Source of the DNA: Savitreella phatthalungensis
Lineage: Eukaryota
Length of the DNA stretch: 29,449 nucleotides
Assembly: GCA_051599415.1 (NCBI GenBank)
Contig: AP039703.1
Location: forward strand, 372,001 to 401,449
Direction of reading: 5' to 3'
Within the stretch, counting starts at the first letter, position 1. Each line of letters opens with the position of its first letter. This document shows, piece after piece, positions 1-11,665 of this stretch. Under the pieces are notes generated by a model, which saw only the letters and a program-made list of their open reading frames with translations, did no database searches and had not been told where the DNA came from. The position numbers and the translations under genes were made by a program.

Positions 1-1
1 A

Positions 2-442
2 GAGCAACGGCGCAGCCACCGTGGGCCGCCTGAGCTTAAGAGCGTCCCGCGTGGGTCGACTCGATCCGAACGCAATGCCAATCACCAGTACGGACGTCCA
101 GCGGGGCAGAGAGCTGTTGACGGAGCGCGGCCTGGGCCCAGCCGGGCTGATTACACACGTGAGAGGCATTCAGCCGCAGCCGATCGCGGGCCATCAAGGC
201 CGATCGCACGGGATCTGCACAATAATCATCGTGACTCGCGGCTGGAGGGCCGACGAGCCGAGGACAACATGAGCCGACGTTCAGATAATCGCCCCGAAAG
301 TTCCAACGAGACTACTGGACGCCGTCGTGATGTCGCAGGAACTAGGGCTCCAGATGATGCTCGTCTTGCACGTAATGAACAAGCTCGACGCGAAGCTGAT
401 CGTGGTCAGGATGATCGAGCTATGAAACGCATCAGGCGTTGA
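2..442 (+). CDS. 3' end (partial) of a gene entering from the left; Arg/Asp/Ser-rich, probably disordered C-terminus ending ...DDRAMKRIRR*
   Basis: The frame starting at base 2 is stop-free until TGA at 440-442 (146 codons, hand-translated: EQRRSHRGPPELKSVPRG...). It is absent from the ORF track because its start lies outside the window. The basic, NLS-like tail recalls THO2-type tails, but identity cannot be established here. Confidence 0.65.
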   Translation, partial: EQRRSHRGPPELKSVPRGSTRSERNANHQYGRPAGQRAVDGARPGPSRADYTRERHSAAADRGPSRPIARDLHNNHRDSRLEGRRAEDNMSRRSDNRPESSNETTGRRRDVAGTRAPDDARLARNEQARREADRGQDDRAMKRIRR

Positions 443-463
443 ATGAGCGTTCAGAATATTGAC

Positions 464-1339
464 CTATATGACCTCATATCCAATGAGATCGCGGTCGTGA
501 TCGATGAAGAGGTTGAGCTGTCGACTGCCATCGCCCTTGGTGAAGAAGCCATTGCGCATTTGATCAAAGTAGAGCTCGTATGATGGATAGTAATGATCGA
601 CAAATGCGATGACCTGTTCTGGTGACATGGCAGGAGAATGAGCCCGCAATTCTTGTTCCTGCTGCTCCCGCCATTGATAGACGTCTTCGATGGATTGCGG
701 TATCAAGGCGATGAGAGCCTGTAACGGCGCGTCAGGTCCCATCACGCCTTTCATATAGTCACGCAGATTTTGATTGATTTGACGCACACTCTGAGGAGCA
801 TAGCGTAGCGTTCGCCTATATTGATTTGAATCGTCCATACAGTCCCAAATGCGAGAAAGAGCAGAATCGTCCAAAGGCCGAAAGCCTACACCCCAACCTT
901 CGAATATAACACATTCCGGAGCGTGTTCAATACGAGGCCATTGCTCGGGTGTAGCTCTATCGCCTGCGCCATCGAACGCTGATTTGTCGTAAGATGGCAG
1001 CTGTATTGGCAATTCGCCAGTTTGCAATCTTTGCAGAGTGTCTCGAGCTAGCTCGAGGTCGTGCGTGCCGAATTGCCCGCGAGTGCTCAGCAGCCTGTTC
1101 TCTTGGTTGTTTCTGGCAAGCTTAACTTGGTCATCATGCGTCAGGTAGACATCGTCGAGCGACAGCTGCACAGTCTGGACACCTGAGGCGATCAAAGCCG
1201 ATTGCAGCTTGCGTACAAGGGTGGATTTGCCCGACCCCTGGATTCCTGAAAGTCCAACAAAGAAAGGTTTTTGGATGGCGCTCTTGACAAGCGGCAGCAG
1301 CCAAGAGCATATAATTTGTTCGGTCGACCTCTTCTCCAT
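464..1339 (-). CDS. TDA10: P-loop kinase, Tda10/YGR205W (D-glycerate 3-kinase-like) family
   Basis: Walker A GIQGSGKST plus family motifs LSLDDVYLTH, RGQFGTHD, YDKSAFDGAGDR, FEGWGVGF and VYQWREQQE; 291 aa. Confidence 0.85.
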   Translation of the reverse strand: MEKRSTEQIICSWLLPLVKSAIQKPFFVGLSGIQGSGKSTLVRKLQSALIASGVQTVQLSLDDVYLTHDDQVKLARNNQENRLLSTRGQFGTHDLELARDTLQRLQTGELPIQLPSYDKSAFDGAGDRATPEQWPRIEHAPECVIFEGWGVGFRPLDDSALSRIWDCMDDSNQYRRTLRYAPQSVRQINQNLRDYMKGVMGPDAPLQALIALIPQSIEDVYQWREQQEQELRAHSPAMSPEQVIAFVDHYYPSYELYFDQMRNGFFTKGDGSRQLNLFIDHDRDLIGYEVI

Positions 1340-1848
1340 CGACAGAGCTCGTTGCTAGCCTTCACTGCCAAGACCTGATTGCGAATGACCCGGAGTGCAA
1401 AGAACATAAACAGCTGTTGACGGAAATTAGCTTGCACAGACACGATACACAGTAAACAGATCCAAGCCCTTCCAAGAGCGCTTGCTCATTGTTCGTGGTT
1501 GCGGCGGGACTACGAAATGATTGATCGAACCTAGCTAGAAATCCCTGTACACCCATCTGAGCAATTACAGCTGAACTGGCATTATCTATAACGACCTCGA
1601 GATGGAGCATACAGCTCTATTTGTTGTCAGGGCGTAGTTGGAAATAGAAATTGGGTTGTTACTAATAATAGAGCCTCCTCTCTCAGCTACGCGATTGTGG
1701 AGACCACGTCAAAGGGGCATTCAGCTTGGACTACCAACAAAGGGGTTCGAACGGTCGAACTTCGGAAGCACAGTCGACGCTACCTATGTCGCGTACGAAT
1801 CTACGCATACAAGGTATCAAATCCGAAAGTTGAGGCCGCGTTTCAGCA

Positions 1849-4677
1849 ATGTCGCGCTCTCATGGTTGGCCGGACAAGAGATACGAGAGGAATCAAAATG
1901 ACTCGCCCTTTGACGATCGTCACCGGGACGATGGTCGGCACGAACAGCAGGGCAACGACTATGGCTCCGACCGAGATGACACGAGGAGTTACATTAAGCG
2001 TCCTATCATGAGGCAGACAGATCTCTCCTATCATGGGACAACATCACGGCTGACTTCATCGCGCGGCTCCCCAGAGCGTGAGTCCTATCCACTTCAGGCC
2101 TATCCGACGCGGTTGTCGGATTTTCCAAGTTCGTACACACTTCAGGACGAGACCCTTCACCCTCCATTGCACGATCAATACTCGACTGGTTTGACGCCCT
2201 CGCCTTACGGTCGCAATCAGGCAAATGCCTCGGGTTATTTTCATACGAGCGGCGACCTTGCCTATGGAACCGACTCGCAAGCTGTCAATGACTCGATGGC
2301 GAGCCCTCTGTTGAGTAAATACGGATCCACTCTCCAAGCACCGGGTGAAATGTCGTCTGGCGCCTTGGACTCACCTGGGGTGCCCGATGGTCCACAGCCA
2401 CGACGCTACAAAACAATGAAGCGAATTGAGCTGTTTCACGGTAATCTGGTGCTCGACTGTCCTGTTCCAAAGCAGCTCTTGGACACGCTGCCGATCAAGC
2501 AAGGTCGAGAGTTTACTCATATGCGCTATTCAGCAGCAACAGGAGACCCCAGCGAGTTTCGAAGTCGATCTTTCACTATGCGACAGGCCTTATATCACCC
2601 AGTTCGCCAAACTGAACTTTTCATCGTCATCACCATGTATAACGAGAGCGAGGTACTCTTCGCACGGACGATGCATTCGGTTATGAAGAACATTGCCCAT
2701 TTGTGCACGCGTAATCGCAGTCGGATGTGGGGACCAGAGGGATGGCAAAAAGTGGTCGTCTGTATAGTCTCGGACGGACGAGACAAGATCAATAAACGCA
2801 CTCTATCATATCTTGCAGCTATGGGTGTGTATCAAGAAGGCATTGCGAAGAACATTGTCAACAACGAACCAGTCACAGCCCACATCTTCGAATACACGGC
2901 ACAAATTTCGATCAACGATGATCTCGTCTTTCAAGGATCAGAAAAGGGCATCGTTCCCGTACAAATCGTATTCTGTCTGAAGGAGAAGAACCAAAAGAAG
3001 ATCAACTCCCATCGATGGTTCTTCCAAGCGTTCGGCAGCATTCTGAATCCCAACATCTGTGTCCTGCTCGACGCCGGCACGCAACCTGGAAAGCACTCGA
3101 TCTATCACCTGTGGAAATCATTCGATCTGAACTCAAATGTGGCAGGAGCCTGTGGAGAAATCGTCGCGATGAAGGGCTCCTACGGAAAGAATCTGCTCAA
3201 CCCACTGGTTGCAGCTCAAAATTTCGAGTACAAGATGTCAAATATCCTTGACAAGCCGCTGGAATCTGTCTTTGGCTTCATTAGTGTGCTACCCGGAGCA
3301 TTCTCGGCGTACCGTTTTGTCGCACTGCAGAATGACGCCACCGGCCGTGGACCATTGAGCTCGTACTTCAAGGGTGAAACGATGCATGGTGCAAACGCCG
3401 GAATATTTGAGGCCAATATGTACCTGGCGGAGGACCGCATTCTTTGCTTCGAGCTCGTGGCTAAGCGCAAATCATCTTGGCTCCTCCACTACGTCAAGAG
3501 TGCGTACGCAGTAACCGATGTACCGGATGAGTTGCCGGAACTCATATCGCAGCGCCGACGCTGGCTCAACGGATCGTTCTTTGCCGCAGTGTATGCGCTG
3601 GTGCATAGTTTCGATATCTGGAGGTCTGATCACGGCTTTTTCCGTAAGCTTGCTTTCCACCTCGAGTTTCTTTACCAGGGAGTATCCATGCTCTTCTCCT
3701 GGTTTGCGTTGGGCAATTTTTTCATCGCTTTCACCATCTTGGCCAAAGCCCTTGCTGACAATACCTGGACATCCGGTCCCTTGGCGGGACAAAAGATCTT
3801 CGCACCTGGCTACATCCTCTACGCCGTTGCCACCTGGATCTATGCGGCACTAATCGTCATGTGTTTCGTTTTGTCCCTCGGCAATCGACCGCAGGGGAGC
3901 AGATTCGCTTACCTCGGCACGCTAATCTTCTTCGCCATCCTCATGGGTTATCTGATCTTCGCTGCAGCCTTCCTGTCGTATGTGTCGATCGAGGAATTTC
4001 TGAACAATATCAAATCCCAGAATCGTGCGCATCTAAGCTTTTCACAGATCGTGGCGGTCGTCAGGTCGAACACTCTGTTCTACCAGCTCGTGGTGTCCCT
4101 GCTGTCGACGTATGGTCTCTATCTCGTTGCATCACTCCTCTACTTCGAGCCATGGCACATGCTTACGTCTTTCATTCAATACCTCCTCATTTCACCATCG
4201 TACATCAACATTATGAACGTCTACGCATTCTGCAATACACACGACATATCTTGGGGCACAAAGGGTGACACGCAGGTCAAGACTGATCTGGGCGTTGTGA
4301 GCGTTACAAAGGATGGAACAACTGAGGTCGCTGTGCCCACAAACGAGACAGACATAAACGCAGCATATTCTGCCGCGGTGAGAACGCTGTCCATCAAGGC
4401 TGTCGAAGAGAAGAGATCACGCGACGCCAAGACGAAGCAGGAGGACTATTACAAGGCATTCCGGACACGCGTCGTGCTCGCCTGGATTCTCAGCAATGGC
4501 GCCTTGGTCGGCGGCATCCTCGGAGCGGGACTGGATACGCTCTCGACAGCAACGGAACAGGCGAATGCAGCTAGTATCTATCTCGCTGTGATTTTCTGGA
4601 GCGTGGCAGGTCTGAGCGCTTTTCGGTTCCTGGGTTGCTGCCTCTACCTCATCATTCGCCTTTTTCATGGCGAATGA
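1849..4677 (+). CDS. chs1: Chitin synthase, division 1 (class I/II type; resembles S. pombe Chs1)
   Basis: Motifs [64 protein letters not shown] and DISWGTKG; C-terminal TM helices; intronless, 942 aa. Confidence 0.95.
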   Translation: MSRSHGWPDKRYERNQNDSPFDDRHRDDGRHEQQGNDYGSDRDDTRSYIKRPIMRQTDLSYHGTTSRLTSSRGSPERESYPLQAYPTRLSDFPSSYTLQDETLHPPLHDQYSTGLTPSPYGRNQANASGYFHTSGDLAYGTDSQAVNDSMASPLLSKYGSTLQAPGEMSSGALDSPGVPDGPQPRRYKTMKRIELFHGNLVLDCPVPKQLLDTLPIKQGREFTHMRYSAATGDPSEFRSRSFTMRQALYHPVRQTELFIVITMYNESEVLFARTMHSVMKNIAHLCTRNRSRMWGPEGWQKVVVCIVSDGRDKINKRTLSYLAAMGVYQEGIAKNIVNNEPVTAHIFEYTAQISINDDLVFQGSEKGIVPVQIVFCLKEKNQKKINSHRWFFQAFGSILNPNICVLLDAGTQPGKHSIYHLWKSFDLNSNVAGACGEIVAMKGSYGKNLLNPLVAAQNFEYKMSNILDKPLESVFGFISVLPGAFSAYRFVALQNDATGRGPLSSYFKGETMHGANAGIFEANMYLAEDRILCFELVAKRKSSWLLHYVKSAYAVTDVPDELPELISQRRRWLNGSFFAAVYALVHSFDIWRSDHGFFRKLAFHLEFLYQGVSMLFSWFALGNFFIAFTILAKALADNTWTSGPLAGQKIFAPGYILYAVATWIYAALIVMCFVLSLGNRPQGSRFAYLGTLIFFAILMGYLIFAAAFLSYVSIEEFLNNIKSQNRAHLSFSQIVAVVRSNTLFYQLVVSLLSTYGLYLVASLLYFEPWHMLTSFIQYLLISPSYINIMNVYAFCNTHDISWGTKGDTQVKTDLGVVSVTKDGTTEVAVPTNETDINAAYSAAVRTLSIKAVEEKRSRDAKTKQEDYYKAFRTRVVLAWILSNGALVGGILGAGLDTLSTATEQANAASIYLAVIFWSVAGLSAFRFLGCCLYLIIRLFHGE

Positions 4678-5113
4678 CATGGCTGTCTCAAGGTTGCGTA
4701 CGCTCCCTGGTGTCAGCTTAACGGATGCACGGAATCCGGTGGTCGATGCAGCGCTGCAGCTGACATTCAGTATACCATACGAGGGTGCATGTTCAAAGTC
4801 GTGCGTGTGGACGAAGCAAACCTATGAATATTGTATGCTTGATCGAGCAGCCAGGTTCGTTTGCAGAAAACACGTGAATTGTTGTACCAAAATAATATAT
4901 GCATCGATTCAATCGATCAATATATAGATCTATCCATTGGGCGTCCAGCATAGACCAAATATATGATCGATTGCCTCCCCCTCATCACGAATTCGGCATT
5001 GAGACGCAGTGGAAACGTGCACGTCAAATCTGAGCTGTCGAATGCACGCAGCATAAGTAAACAAAAACAAAGATTCAATACGACGACAGGCGCCGGTAGG
5101 TGCGCGAGATCAG

Positions 5114-6337
5114 ATGAGCTATATCTTTGGAAAGAGTCGTCTGTGCGACGGGTCGAATGTGTCTTCCTCTCGGTCCTACGTCAATACTGAGCTCAGGAGG
5201 CGCGGTTATTTGACAGATGATGAACCGCTAAAGTTCAACTCGGCGGACGCGCCGGCGGTTATCAATCTTCTGCATGACTTTCTTCTTAAGACGGCTGCAG
5301 ACGAGGCTGACGTGGAGCGTCTGACGGCTAAAGCGAGGCAATTGTCAAGCGAGAACGAGCGGCACAGATCAGAGCGCCACAAACTGGAGGCGAAGCTGCG
5401 CGACGCAGATCGCGACGTCAGCGCCGCGCGAGGAGAGCTGCAGCAAGCAAAATCTGCCCACCAAACTACAACGGTCGAGGCTCGTCAATTACGTGAAGCT
5501 CTGACGCGAGCATCGGCAGCAGTCTCGCATATCAAAGTGCAAATGTCACATGACTTAAGACGGCGGGATGTGCAGATTTTGCGTCTAAAGGAGCAGATCT
5601 GCGATGTGCCGGGCAAGCAAAGATCAGCGTCAGGAGGGCTTGTGTCCTCATATCGCTATGTTCCCTCTCGATCGACATCCGACGCGACCGATCCTTATGT
5701 GGACGCCGAAGGACATGCTCAGTTCATACGAGCAGTCGATCGGCAGCGTGAAAGCGCTATGCTGAAGATCGTGCATGAGAATGACGAGCTGCGCGATCTG
5801 CTTCAGGCTACGCTGGCTTCTCTCGACTCGCTTGTAAAATTTGACGGTGAAGACAGTGCTATGCTATCGAGCGTCGCGCGCTCAGTGACCGTGCTTGAAG
5901 CACAGCTGCGCGTGCGTTTGACAGCTTTACGCGAGATTCTGGACACCCCTGGCTTCGTGCCGATCGAAGAAGTGGAGTTCCGCGAGGAGAAGATACGTCA
6001 ACTTGTCACGCGGTTATCTGAGACCGAAGCAGAATGCTCTGCTGCCCAGCATGTTCTCCGCGGTCTTCGACAGACCACAGCGGCTACTATGGCGGGTGCT
6101 GGCACGGCGGTATTGCACGACGCCATGCAGAGTCGGTTGAATGCGAAAGTCCAGCTTGCTGCTGTGTCGCCAATTGATGCTGCGCAACAACAAGCATCAT
6201 GCGCAAGCGCCCCAATGGAGCCTCTTCGATCGCTGAGCACAGATGTTTCCGCAAGCCTCCCATCTTCTCCTTTACGCGAGCGCACTGGTTTCGGAAAAAG
6301 TCGATCTATGACTCAGGAATCGACTCTGCCTCTATAA
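5114..6337 (+). CDS. Coiled-coil protein of the afadin/alpha-actinin-binding (ADIP; Msd1/SSX2IP-like) family
   Basis: N-terminal YVNTELRRRGYL...VINLLHDFLL, then a long heptad coiled coil ending HDLRRRDVQILRLKEQI, typical of fungal ADIP-domain proteins. Confidence 0.7.
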   Translation: MSYIFGKSRLCDGSNVSSSRSYVNTELRRRGYLTDDEPLKFNSADAPAVINLLHDFLLKTAADEADVERLTAKARQLSSENERHRSERHKLEAKLRDADRDVSAARGELQQAKSAHQTTTVEARQLREALTRASAAVSHIKVQMSHDLRRRDVQILRLKEQICDVPGKQRSASGGLVSSYRYVPSRSTSDATDPYVDAEGHAQFIRAVDRQRESAMLKIVHENDELRDLLQATLASLDSLVKFDGEDSAMLSSVARSVTVLEAQLRVRLTALREILDTPGFVPIEEVEFREEKIRQLVTRLSETEAECSAAQHVLRGLRQTTAATMAGAGTAVLHDAMQSRLNAKVQLAAVSPIDAAQQQASCASAPMEPLRSLSTDVSASLPSSPLRERTGFGKSRSMTQESTLPL

Positions 6338-6346
6338 GCGTCCTGT

Positions 6347-6826
6347 CTATTCTTTGCCTCGTATAGAGTCGATCAAGCCAGCAGCAAAGTCTTTGCATTG
6401 CTCAAATGCCGTGTTGAAACCAGAAGCATCTTGTCCATAATAGGGATCGGCTATAACACGATCGAATCGCAAGTCTTGTCGAAAGTCGCCGAAGAGTGCA
6501 ACTGTAGCACGTGAGCCCTTCGGGCGGCGCTTCTCGATTTCACGCAAGTTCTGTCGATCCATGGCCAGAATGTAGTCGAATCTATCGAAGTCTTCCAGAG
6601 TGAGCTGTCTGCCTCGGTGCTCGAGTATGATGCCGTGCCTTTCGAGTGTGGCAAGGGTTCGCCTGTCAGGTGGATCTCCCACGTGATATGCGGCAGTTCC
6701 ACAACTATCGACACGGGTGACAACATCATTGAGTCCGCATTGATCGATTGAATCCCGGAAGACCCCTTCAGCCATCGTCGACCGACAAATGTTGCCTAAG
6801 CATACAAACAGCACGGAGGTGCACAT
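6347..6826 (-). CDS. LTP1: Low-molecular-weight phosphotyrosine protein phosphatase
   Basis: Active-site loop VLFVCLGNICRS, DSCGT, FDYILAMD and DPYYG. The ATG at 6826 (MCTSVLFV) gives 159 aa, the usual family size; the upstream in-frame extension is probably untranslated. Confidence 0.93.
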   Translation of the reverse strand: MCTSVLFVCLGNICRSTMAEGVFRDSIDQCGLNDVVTRVDSCGTAAYHVGDPPDRRTLATLERHGIILEHRGRQLTLEDFDRFDYILAMDRQNLREIEKRRPKGSRATVALFGDFRQDLRFDRVIADPYYGQDASGFNTAFEQCKDFAAGLIDSIRGKE

Positions 6827-7262
6827 TCCAGCCGGCGCAAGGCGACAAATCGCTGCGCAAAGTGGAGAGATGTAACGGTGTGTTTCCGTTAACCTTTGTA
6901 ATTCGTACTTGTCGGACATTCGATGCCAATGCCGGTACAAATTGAGGTCCTGCTCGACGAATAGCTGAACCAGTCAGAAATCGCTAAATTGCTGAAACCA
7001 GAAATTCCCGCCCTGTGCTATATCCTGTGGCATTTATTCAGCTCGACTGACCAGCGATAGCCCGTGTTTTTCAAATGTCATTGCAAGAAATTATTTCGAC
7101 GGATCTCTGCATCCAGCGCGAGATCAACGGCTGTCGCGCCGATTTTATTCGGCTAGCCACAGCAAACGTCTTCCCAAGGGCTTCTCCACCTTCGCAGCTC
7201 CGCAATCGAAGCATATTTGTAGGACACACAGCATACGTCTAGACGGCACGTCTTTTGGTTGA

Positions 7263-9767
7263 ATGCCTGCAGCTATGGACCCACCATTGCAGACCCCAAC
7301 GCAAAAGATCAAGGCTGACATGAACGTGAGCGAAAGTCCGTCGTCCACGCCGACGAGCAAGAACTATCAGTGTTCTGTGTGCTTCGAGAGCTTCAAGCGA
7401 CACGAACATCTCATTCGTCACGCCCGTCGACATACACTGGAGAAGCCTTTCAAATGTCAGACATGCGGTAAAGAATTCGCGCGTCGAGACATACTTTCGA
7501 GACACGCAATCGTCCATGTGCCTGCGGCGGAGCGAGCGAACATGCCGCAAAAAACCAATAAGCGTGGAACAAAGCGCGTTCAACAGGCGTGCAATAATTG
7601 TGCAAGGGGAAAGTGCAGATGCGACGGTGCAACACCTTGTTCGACCTGTCTGACGCGTGGTCTAGACTGTGAGTACACGATTCCGGTGCCGGCCAAGCGC
7701 AAACGTGCTGATTCAAGCGCGTCACAAGCCGCAGCAAATGCACTTCTACAGGTCGCAAATTCAGCTGGCGCGAGTCCGAAGCAGGAGTGGGCGCTTGATC
7801 CGTCACTTCAGTACACCACAACCTCTACGGCTAACGCGACGAGCACGGCGACCGCAGGTAACGTCCCTACTTACTCGGCATATCAGCCTGCACTACCAGA
7901 GCTGCCGTCGTATGCTGGCGGTAGCACTTTTGGCGGTTCAGTAGCCGGTGCCCTCTTCCAACCCGGTCTCTCTCGTCCAGGATCTGCGTACGTGAGCCGT
8001 GCTGCCAGTCCGACACATGACTACGATGCACCGTTCGAATCTGTGGCTGCAACGGGCACTTCCATGTTCGCCTTCCTCTTCAATGATCCGCGTAACCTGC
8101 CGGCAATTAACGCCATCTTGCCGTCGCTGTTCGCTACCCATGGCACTCAGGAGCCAGCCAATGGTTATAGCAACTATCGCGGCTCGGCCATCCAAAATGG
8201 CTTAGACTCACCTTCATTAGGGCCGTCATCAGTCAGTATTCCATCCGCATTCGATTTCACTGAAGACGAGATAATATCCTGGAGCTCCGGCCTCGACTCG
8301 ATTCCCGAGTTGTCCATATCCGACCGCAGCAGATTGCAGGAGTATCTGCAGGCGACGCTGCCAAGCCTCCCTCTTCTGAATCTTCTTGTTAAGCTGTACT
8401 TCACCAGATTTCACGTCAACTTTCCGATGCTACACAAGCCCACATACAATCCTCAAGAGACACACTGCATGCTAATTATGGTCATTCTGACAGTAGGCGC
8501 ACGCTACATCGAAGCCGCAGGACGAGCTGAGGAGCTCTATCGCACTCTCTACACCATCTCCCGTGAGGGTCTCAAAAACGAATCCGGGGATTCTTTCTTC
8601 ATGCTCCAGGCCCAGCTATTGCTCGATCTATCAGCTCTTACGAGCGCATACAGTCAATCACAGCTTGATGATGTCGAGGAGAGACGAGCCACTTTCATAA
8701 AGCGAGCGCGTCACCGTGGCCAGTTTGCGGAGAACTATGACGAAGCCCCGAAAAGCGACATGGATACCGAAGGTCGGTGGCAAGTTTTGCGACGAGCAGA
8801 AGAGCGTCGCCGCCTTACCTGGGCCATATTTACATATGACTTCCTCTTCGCGCTATTCTTTGGCACGAAGCCACTGATCGAGATCGATGAGGTCCGCGTC
8901 AGCCTGCCGTGTGATGAAAGTCTTTGGGATGCAGGGAGCGCAAAAGAATGGGCGTCAGTCTTCGCACCCGATCGCATTCCACTGCGCACCCGCAATCTCT
9001 ACGGAATCGGTCGCCTCGAGGAAAAACCGGAAACTGCCAAGGACCTTGGTTGTTGGTGTCGCACTGTTTTGGCAATGGTTGAAGCTCGTCGTGTCCACGA
9101 CTTTCGAGTCATGATTCCAGCAAGGCTACCCACAGAATCGCAGACGCAGCTTGATGTTCGTCTCAGTGCAGAGAACGTGTCAGGGGATGTACAGCGCATG
9201 TCTTCCAAGGCGTTCAGCGTTCTTGCAGAAGCCCTGCAGGAAGACGATCATTCAGAATCATCGCAGGCAATTCAAAATCATGGTCTGTTGACATTCTTCG
9301 AGCTGTCAACTAACATGGACTTCGCAATACTACGTAAGTTCGCCCTTGGCGATGAGCGTGCGTGTTTGAGCTGGGCGAAGATGCATGCTCACGACAGCAA
9401 TATCAAGGTCGCACTCTTATGTGCTTCTCGTACCGTCTCGCTGCTCAAGCAAACCGATGTGCGTGGCATGATCAATGGCTTTATGACCCTCTTCACTGTG
9501 CTTACACTCGCCTTTGCTGCGCGGTACTTGGACGTCTGGCGGGACGAGGAGATTGCTCTGGAAAACAACGAAGACGACATCCTGGAGGGATGGCTTCACA
9601 GCGGCTATCAACGACCCACTGCAGCGGAGTTTGGCTCCCTCTCGGTCGAGACGGCCCCGCACATTCTAGACACTGGGACGCGCTTTGCCAGACAAAATGT
9701 GCTTTGGGGTAATGCTCGCATCGCCGCGTGCCTTGAGAACATGGTCCGTAGGTATGCACCAGCATAG
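7263..9767 (+). CDS. Fungal transcription factor with two C2H2 fingers, a Zn(II)2Cys6 cluster and a fungal-specific TF middle domain
   Basis: C2H2 fingers CSVCFESFKRHEHLIRHARRH and CQTCGKEFARRDILSRHAIVH joined by TLEKPF; Zn cluster CNNCARGKCRCDGATPCSTCLTRGLDC; middle-domain motifs YFTRFHVNFPMLHKPT, EERRRLTW and LPCDESLW. Confidence 0.9.
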   Translation: MPAAMDPPLQTPTQKIKADMNVSESPSSTPTSKNYQCSVCFESFKRHEHLIRHARRHTLEKPFKCQTCGKEFARRDILSRHAIVHVPAAERANMPQKTNKRGTKRVQQACNNCARGKCRCDGATPCSTCLTRGLDCEYTIPVPAKRKRADSSASQAAANALLQVANSAGASPKQEWALDPSLQYTTTSTANATSTATAGNVPTYSAYQPALPELPSYAGGSTFGGSVAGALFQPGLSRPGSAYVSRAASPTHDYDAPFESVAATGTSMFAFLFNDPRNLPAINAILPSLFATHGTQEPANGYSNYRGSAIQNGLDSPSLGPSSVSIPSAFDFTEDEIISWSSGLDSIPELSISDRSRLQEYLQATLPSLPLLNLLVKLYFTRFHVNFPMLHKPTYNPQETHCMLIMVILTVGARYIEAAGRAEELYRTLYTISREGLKNESGDSFFMLQAQLLLDLSALTSAYSQSQLDDVEERRATFIKRARHRGQFAENYDEAPKSDMDTEGRWQVLRRAEERRRLTWAIFTYDFLFALFFGTKPLIEIDEVRVSLPCDESLWDAGSAKEWASVFAPDRIPLRTRNLYGIGRLEEKPETAKDLGCWCRTVLAMVEARRVHDFRVMIPARLPTESQTQLDVRLSAENVSGDVQRMSSKAFSVLAEALQEDDHSESSQAIQNHGLLTFFELSTNMDFAILRKFALGDERACLSWAKMHAHDSNIKVALLCASRTVSLLKQTDVRGMINGFMTLFTVLTLAFAARYLDVWRDEEIALENNEDDILEGWLHSGYQRPTAAEFGSLSVETAPHILDTGTRFARQNVLWGNARIAACLENMVRRYAPA

Positions 9768-9837
9768 AGAAAAAGCCAAAAAATTTGTCATGGCGAACGT
9801 GAATGCGTTTTTGCTAGGAGATCTATGAATACAGGTC

Positions 9838-11544
9838 TCAAGCGGTCGTGGGACCGGCAGCCTTGACCTCAGCTGAGCAACCCTCGGCATACTTCTCGAA
9901 ATTCTTCTGGAATTGGCGAGCGAGTTCGAGTACGTCAGCCTCGAACTCGGATTGAGTACCCAGCCAGGAATTGACGGGATTGAGCATCTCGTCAGGCACT
10001 CCAGTGACCTTCTTCGGCACCTTTAGGTTGAAGACAGGCATGTTCTCGTATTCAGCATCGACCAAGTCTCCGCGGTGGATTGCGTCGAGGATTGCACGCG
10101 TGTACGCGAGCTTGCAGCGCGAGGCCTTGCCAGCTGTGGCAGAGCCACCAACCCATCCAGTGTTGACGAGATACGCCTGTGCTCCGAACTTCGTGAGCTT
10201 GTCAGCTAGCATTGTGGCGTACTTCATAGGGTGCAGGACGAGGAAGGGCTGACCGAAGCAGGCAGAGAAGGTGGAAATCGGCTCCGTGATGCCCTCCTCT
10301 GTGCCGGGGGTCTTCGAGGTGTATCCTGAGATGAAATGGTACTGCAGTTCCGCTTTGTCAAGTTTTGAAACAGGAGGCAGGATGCCGCGCGCGTCACAGG
10401 TCAGAAGGATAATATTTTTGGGCGCCGAGGTCGACATGCATGGCACCTTTGCGTTGGGGATGTACTCGATTGGGTAAGCGCAGCGCGTATTTTCTGTCAG
10501 CGTGATGTCGTTGTAGTCGACGATACGGGTGCTCGGGTCGAACACAACATTCTCCAGAATGGAACCAAACTTGATGGCGTTGAAGATCTCGGGCTCCTTC
10601 TCGGCGCTCAAACCGATGCACTTGGCATAGCAGCCTCCCTCGATGTTAAAGACACCGGTGTCGGACCAGCAGTGCTCGTCATCGCCGATGAGGCTGCGGT
10701 TAGGATCAGCCGAAAGAGTCGTCTTGCCAGTGCCGGAGAGCCCAAAGAACAAAGTAACATCGCCATCTTTACCCTCATTCGCGGAGGAGTGAAGGGTAAG
10801 CACATTGTGCTTGATCGGCATCAAATAGTACAGGACAGAGAAGACACCCTTCTTCATTTCACCAGCGTATTCTGTACCCAGAATAACCATCTCCATAGCC
10901 TTGAAGTTGATGGCCACGGAAGTATTTGATGTCATGCCTGTCGTGAATCTGTTCGCAGGAAATGCGCCGGCATTGTAGATCGTGAAGTCGGGCTTTCCGT
11001 AATTCGCTCGCTCCTCCTCCGTGGGACGAATGAGCATGTTTCGCATGAAAAGTGCATGATAGGCGCGGGCACAGACAACACGAACCTTGATACGATACTT
11101 TGGATCCCAACCGGCATAGGCGTCAATCACGTAAATACGCTTACGTGTGTTGAGGTAGTCGATGGCACGCTCTCGGTTGATGACCCAGACAGCCTCGGAC
11201 TCTTTGATATTGACTGGTCCCCACCAGATGTTCTCGCTGGATGTCTCCTCGTCAACAATGCGTTTGTCCTTAGGCGAGCGACCCGTCTTGCGACCGGAAG
11301 AAGCAGCCAGAGCACCAGTGCTTGTAATCGCCGAACCGGATTCATAGACGAGGGCGTCTTCGTACAGAGATGGGACGGACGGGTTGTGAATGATTGCCAC
11401 ATGATCATAATCAATGCGAGCCTTGTCGTGCAGCTCCTCCTCGATCTCGGTGTGTACCGGTGCAATACCTTGCGGGTTGAGGCCCGTCTGGTTGACGGGC
11501 TTGTTCTGCCGGGTGGCGGCGGCGAGCTTCTCCACAGTAGTCAT
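9838..11544 (-). CDS. PCK1: Phosphoenolpyruvate carboxykinase (ATP)
   Basis: Motifs [54 protein letters not shown] and TENTRCAYP. First ATG is at 11544 (the ORF track starts at a TTG); 568 aa, with a TATAAA ~60 nt upstream. Confidence 0.97.
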   Translation of the reverse strand: MTTVEKLAAATRQNKPVNQTGLNPQGIAPVHTEIEEELHDKARIDYDHVAIIHNPSVPSLYEDALVYESGSAITSTGALAASSGRKTGRSPKDKRIVDEETSSENIWWGPVNIKESEAVWVINRERAIDYLNTRKRIYVIDAYAGWDPKYRIKVRVVCARAYHALFMRNMLIRPTEEERANYGKPDFTIYNAGAFPANRFTTGMTSNTSVAINFKAMEMVILGTEYAGEMKKGVFSVLYYLMPIKHNVLTLHSSANEGKDGDVTLFFGLSGTGKTTLSADPNRSLIGDDEHCWSDTGVFNIEGGCYAKCIGLSAEKEPEIFNAIKFGSILENVVFDPSTRIVDYNDITLTENTRCAYPIEYIPNAKVPCMSTSAPKNIILLTCDARGILPPVSKLDKAELQYHFISGYTSKTPGTEEGITEPISTFSACFGQPFLVLHPMKYATMLADKLTKFGAQAYLVNTGWVGGSATAGKASRCKLAYTRAILDAIHRGDLVDAEYENMPVFNLKVPKKVTGVPDEMLNPVNSWLGTQSEFEADVLELARQFQKNFEKYAEGCSAEVKAAGPTTA

Positions 11545-11602
11545 GTCGACGTCGGGAAGGGGAGATGACTTTGGTAGTTTCAATCAAAGCGATGTCTGCG
11601 CC

Positions 11603-11608
11603 TTTATA
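11603..11608 (-). promoter_or_regulatory. TATA box of PCK1
   Basis: TATAAA on the minus strand ~60 nt upstream of the PCK1 ATG. Confidence 0.6.
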
Positions 11609-11665
11609 GTTCGCTCGCTCGCTGACCTCAGAACTCGGCCTGGTAGGCAATACAGTAATGCCACG

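Noticed and set aside
1192..1610. Minus-strand small ORFs upstream of TDA10 with a possible 35-nt intron (1414-1448, GTATCG..GCTAAT..CAG)
   Set aside because: The donor is weak and the intron very short. The spliced product (MGVQGFLARF...LFMFFALRV...) matches no family I recognise and runs out of frame into TDA10; at most a 5' UTR intron or uORF.
4667..5190. Short ORFs between chitin synthase and the ADIP-like gene
   Set aside because: No recognisable motifs; they overlap the neighbouring genes and the AT-rich terminator/promoter region.
6827..6940. In-frame N-terminal extension of LMW-PTP (likewise 16412-16654 for the MFS gene and the TTG start of PCK1)
   Set aside because: Non-ATG or non-conserved extensions; family length and TATA positions favour the downstream ATGs.
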